This document shows, in pieces, positions 61,561-64,000 of a stretch of 64,000 nt of DNA. The notes beneath the pieces are model-generated. The model ran no database searches. It saw only the letters and a program-made list of their open reading frames with translations, and was not told where the DNA came from. The position numbers were made by a program, and so were the translations under genes. Positions within the stretch are counted from its first letter, which is position 1. Every line of letters begins with the position of its first letter. The stretch lies in NCBI RefSeq assembly GCF_009914755.1, contig NC_060934.1, one strand, 5' to 3'. The DNA is from the human T2T-CHM13v2.0 reference genome, Homo sapiens.

Positions 61561-62189
61561 CTTTACTTTTTTTGAAGTGAAACTTGGAGTCAGACTTTTC
61601 TTGAGAGACACTTAGTACAATTTGACTTATTAGTTTGATCATGAGGACTGGCTTTGATAATTAGATTTTAGGTTTTAGGGTGGACTTTTTAAAAAAAAAA
61701 AAAAACAAATGCCCTAAGTCTGCAGGTCAGAATTTGAACCAGAAAGTATATTATTAATGGGGGAAAAAAAAGTCTCACTCATTCTATTAAGATATTTATT
61801 TCCAATAAAAATGTACTTTTGGGTTTACTCATTATCAAAATGTATGATATACTTAGGCCATTTGCATCTGTTTAGTACTGATTATGATAATTTCACTCAG
61901 AAGAAAAAAAACCCACCATAACACCTAAAGCCTTATAATCTCAAAGATAAGAGTAAAACATATCATATTAGACAATGTTTTTTAAAATTAAGTTAGAATA
62001 AATTCTGTAAGGATAATGGACTGGAAATAAGAGTTCAAAAGAAAAATGTAGACTTTCTAAATGTTAAGGAATAATGTGTTCATGTATCTCTCTATATTTG
62101 TATATTTTATATTTTTTTAGATATGGGGTTTCATGGTAAAAAGGAATCTGAGGAGAAAAGAAAAATAAAAAAAAAAAGAAAGAAAAAAA

Positions 62190-62470
62190 GAGATGAGGTC
62201 TTACTCTGTTGCCCCAACTGGAGTGCAGTGGTATGATCATACCTCACTGTAGCCTTGAACTCCCGAACTCAAACGATCCTCTTGTCTCAGCCGCTTGAGT
62301 AGTTGGGATTACAGGCACGTACCACCATGCCTTGCTGATTTTTAAATTTTTTGTAGAGATGGAGTCTCACCACGTTGCCCAGGCTGGTCTCAAACTCCTG
62401 GCCTCAAGTGATCCTCCTGCTTTTGCCTCCCAAGTTGCGGGGATTAAAGCGTGAGCTACTGTGCCCGGCC
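62190..62470 (-). mobile_element. AluJ-like preceded by an A-rich rather than T-rich tract
   Basis: gagatgaggtcttactctgttgcc...gtgcccggcc. Confidence 0.88.
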
Positions 62471-63109
62471 CCATATTTTTTTAAATGAGTGATGGCTGGA
62501 TATGTTTAAATGAGGATTTAGCAGTTTTATTTTAAATTCCATTTTATCTTTAAATGCATTATATCCTCTACATTTATTTAAAATTATGGTGAAAAAAATT
62601 AGTTACCATATTAAAACTGTGTGGGGGACATTATAGCTTATTGAAATTATTTTAATTGTTTGCGTATAAAATAATTGGAAAAAGTTTCGTATAGGATACC
62701 TAGGTAAAAATATTTTCTGCATTTTAAGTTTACTTTAGACAGCACTAAGAAAAGTCGTTTTTTGTAGCTACTTAAGTATAAAGAAAATAAAATCAGACTT
62801 TTTTTCAGTGAAAATGTGGCTTTTGACATTTTTTTCCTGTAGTTTTTTTCTTTTGACTTTGGAGCCTTAGATGATTAGGGAAATGGTTCTCAACCTTTCC
62901 TTCTGATGTTGGATGGGTTCTCTTTAAACAGTGAAGAAGACAGAGGGGATTGAGGTATAGTAATTAATTTATTTTTTCAGTTATTCACTTACCTAATATT
63001 TATTGAGTGCCTTCTGCATGCCAAGCATTCTTCTAAGTGATAGGGATACAGTGATGAGCTAGATGGAATGTGGACCATATTCTAATAGAGTGAGGTAGTA
63101 AAGATAGAT

Positions 63110-63308
63110 CTCTGTTGTTGGATAATGTAGCTGTTAGTTATATGTAGTTACTAAAATAATTAAAATTTAAATGTAAAAGTCAGTGTCTCATTCAGATTGG
63201 CCACATTTCAAATGCTCTATAGCCACATGTGACTAGTGGGCTACCATTTTAGACAGCACAGACATAGTAAACGTTCATCATCACAGGGAGTTCCATTGGA
63301 CAACACTG
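63110..63308. mobile_element. MER33/MER3-like hAT element within an L2 remnant
   Basis: gccacatttcaaatgctctatagccacatgtgactagtg...attggacaacactg. Confidence 0.7.
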
Positions 63309-63976
63309 AGATAGACTAACCAAGAAATTATAGCATGGTATAAGTGCTATGATAGGGAAGTACAGGTTGCTATGAGAGAACAGAAAATAACAAGCCTTCA
63401 GAAGTTAAGGAAAGCTTTCTCAAGGAAGTGATATCTCTGGCGAGTCCTGAAGGATGAGTAAAAAATCATATGGGAAAAGGAAACTGGGAAACTTATTTCA
63501 GAAATAGCCTGCACAAAAGCCTGGAAGTGAAAAGAGAGCAGTATATGGATATATTGAGAGTGAAAGAGTAGCAAGAGATGAGGCAGGGGCTTGTATAACA
63601 TGCTCATGTTACACATAGGGCCTTGTATAACATGCTCAGAAGTTTAGGCTTTGAAGCTAATCTTTCACTGGGCTTCCCTCACTGATAGCCATATTTTGGT
63701 TTGGTCAATCAAAAATCTATAAAGCCTAAGTAATAAGTTTGGTAGGTGTCAAATTGTTTAAACATAACTTTATTCTTCCTAATAGTCATGATACAAACAA
63801 ATTACTATCTTTAAACTATAATGGCAAAACTTATTCTTGACATTCTGTATGAAATGCTATTAAACATTTACATTCTAGTTAGAGAATTTAAAGTGACTCT
63901 TGGGGTAAAGAAGTATCTGTTTTAGTTGTATGTGTGTGTATGTGTATTTTTCATTACTCTGCTGATTTTATTTTAG

Positions 63977-64000
63977 GGTGACGAGGAAACATTTGAAAAC
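63977..64000 (+). CDS. EXOC6: EXOC6 coding exon (presumed exon 9), cut by window end
   Basis: ttttag|GGT GAC GAG GAA ACA TTT GAA AAC = GDEETFEN, in frame with the previous exon. Confidence 0.9.

Overview
Primate (most likely human) genomic DNA lying entirely inside one + strand gene that I recognise as EXOC6 (SEC15L1, exocyst subunit). The first ~29 kb is intron; the first exon is not in the window. Seven complete coding exons and the start of an eighth follow. All have GT-AG boundaries and join in frame to give SVYDDQPNAHKKF...VYRCLHIYSVL-GDEETFEN. The introns are dense with repeats: about 35 Alus, fossil L1/L2/MIR, Tigger and Charlie DNA transposons, and several solo LTRs. Almost all ORFs in the supplied track are Alu or low-complexity artefacts. 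I do not see a new multi-gene system. The most notable items are: a 5'-inverted (twin-primed) YBX1 retrocopy split by an LTR; two templated local insertions that interrupt older repeats; a tail-less zero-spacer inverted Alu pair; a phase-compatible four-exon block that would form a stop-free 357-nt circle; and CTCF-like motifs. Gene and repeat family names come from my recall of the sequences, not from database searches. Repeat boundaries are approximate unless a TSD is quoted. Exon numbers assume one upstream coding exon.
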